From: Lepidodermella squamata
Taxonomy: Eukaryota; Animalia; Gastrotricha
Direction of reading: 5' to 3'
DNA length: 64,000 nt
Assembly: GCA_047495785.1 (NCBI GenBank)
Contig: JBLDXI010000032.1
Coordinates: 620,001 to 684,000 of the forward strand
In this document: piece by piece, positions 62,179-64,000 of the stretch
Position numbering within the stretch: the stretch's first letter is position 1
Layout of the letters: every line of letters begins with the position of its first letter
Made by a program: the position numbers and the translations under genes
Notes under the pieces: model-generated
Told to the model about the DNA's origin: nothing
Seen by the model: only the letters and a program-made list of their open reading frames with translations
Database searches by the model: none

Positions 62179-64000
62179 GGTCAGACTTTTCAGCAGTGAC
62201 CTTCAGCAAATGAGGGCAGTGACTTTGATTTGATATGATTTGATTTATTCAGTAAATCACAGGTCTTTGTCAATCAATCATTTCAAATCAAATCCCCAAA
62301 AAATCGATAGTAAATCAATCAAATCAAATCTTTCGCATAGGGAAACATGAGTATCATGGTAAATTTCTGGGGATTCTTTCAAATTTCAAGCTTGGTTTTG
62401 ACAGAATGAGTATGAAAGGGCGTGAATAGCTCGAGGCTTTGGAAAACAGCTGTTTTCAAGGCAAATGTGAGTTCTCATGTTTAGTAACAGGGGGGGAATT
62501 CCGAGAGCTCTGATTTTTATAAATCAGCAGCAAATCAAGTGGGCTAAATTTAAATCAAATCAAATCATCCTGAAATTTTCTAAATCAAATCATCAAAAAA
62601 TGGCCTAAATCAAATCAAATCAAATCAAAGTCTCTGAATGAGGGTCAAATAAGCAGTGACTTTCCATCAGTGACAAATGAGCAGTGACATTTGAGCTGCG
62701 ACATTTGCGCAGTGACAAATCATCAGTGACAAGCCAGCAGTAATTTTTGATAATATATCCTAAATTTTTTAAAGTTATTATCTTTATCTCGTTGAAATTT
62801 GCGCAGTGACATTTCAGCGGGGACATTTCACCAGCAGAACTTCAGCTGTATTTAGCAGGGACTATGCGCTGCATTGAAGTTGAGCTCAAAATCAATCAGA
62901 TTCGTCGTTCGCCTCGTTAACTTGGTTCTCCTCGTTCCCTTCGTTTACTTCGTCTTTGTCGTCGATATGGTCGAAACTTTCAATTTCCATGTAAACCGAT
63001 GAAATTCGATGAAATTTCGGCCCTCCGAAGCATCAACCTCGAGTTCGGCACAGAAACGGCGACGATTGCACGGCAAATGCGAAAAATCTCGCGTTTCGAG
63101 CAAGACGCTTGAAGCACACCAAAGCATTTCAGCGCCAGTTTACGAGCTTCCTTCTTCACAGGTACCTTGAAAGATCATGCATCAAGTGATTTATGCAAAA
63201 GGTGACGAGAGTTCCGGAAGTTGGCAGGGTTTTGCCGTCTTTGTGAGCGTCAATAAACAGGCGGCTCAGGTTGATCACGTAACTTCGCAGATTTTTCTCA
63301 CAAAATGTAATCACCACGGCATGAAACTCTGCGAAACAGCAATCGATTACCACCACTCTCGGCATTTTCGCCGCCCTGTGAGCTCGTTCCACCGCCGATT
63401 TCCAGGTCGTTAAAAAACAGGGAAACATAATTTTTTATTTGCTGTCCAATTCAAAATCAATGAGTTCGAAAATATTCCATAGCTTAAAAAATGGGTCCAA
63501 AGATCACTCGCAAAACATCAGTAAAATTTAGGCTTGTTTTGGAGAATGTTCAGAAAATCAAGGTGAACTCGTAAATTAATAAAAGAAATACAGGTAACCG
63601 AGGGACACAAATATGAAGCCCCAATATTTTACCTGGAATTTTGCGAGCTCCCCTTGATTTTTTAAAAAAAGTTGGAGTGAGTGCCGGCATTTTTGGCCTT
63701 AAACTTGAATACAAGAGCCACACTCGATTTCAACAATGAAAAATCTTTCGGTTTACAAATTTGTCACGTCTTAGATACTTTTAGAAGGTACTTAAAAGGT
63801 AGGTCAATAGACAAAAATGCTGGATGTTTACCTTCAAAAAGAAAGCGATTCTGTCGCCAGTCTGCTCAGCAGAAATCAGCTCACCCACCGGGTAACCCAC
63901 AGGCTTGTCATCAACCGTTATAGGCAGAAATACGTGTAAAAAAACGCGCTTGCCCGTTTCATAGTCAAGTTTCCATATACCACCTGTCGCATCCAACACA
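62179..64000 (-). mobile_element. MULE copy 2 (terminus plus transposase remnant, runs off the window)
   Basis: The terminus is GGTCAGACTTTTCAGCAGTGAC, with CAGTGACA subterminal repeats. 62897..64000 is nearly identical to 46255..47365 and retains LDATGG. Confidence 0.8.
62217..62636. mobile_element. hAT-type MITE nested in the MULE terminus
   Basis: An 8-bp duplication AATGAGGG flanks it. The TIRs are CAGTGACTTTGATTTGAT/ATCAAATCAAAGTCTCTG, with (AAATC)n arrays. Confidence 0.9.

Overview
This is eukaryotic, almost certainly invertebrate animal, genomic DNA: short GT-AG introns, often with TTTCAG/TTTTAG acceptors and AT-rich intron interiors. The left 42 kb is gene-rich. It holds a secreted ankyrin/Sushi protein, a GABA-B-like class C GPCR plus a 5' pseudogene fragment, a small secreted acidic/basic peptide, four paralogous divergent rhodopsin-type GPCRs, and a highly modified ADP/ATP-carrier-like gene with an LEA-like 11-mer insert. 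It also holds the first two exons of calcineurin A (its remaining exons are not visible in the 25.8 kb downstream), the mitochondrial citrate carrier, a small single-pass membrane ORF and a secreted 7-CUB-domain protein. The right 21 kb is a recent tandem segmental duplication with three copies of a P-loop NTPase gene: one internally deleted, one intact, and one with a duplicated N-terminus and a swapped ~42-aa block. These copies are interleaved with MULE, CACTA/EnSpm-like, hAT, Harbinger and Tc1/pogo-type elements, many nested, and several duplication breakpoints sit exactly at transposon ends. The best candidates for new biology are the carrier-LEA chimera, the NTPase array with a variable cassette, the secreted ankyrin-Sushi protein and the possible giant calcineurin intron hosting many genes. 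All family assignments come from motif recognition by eye, not from database searches.
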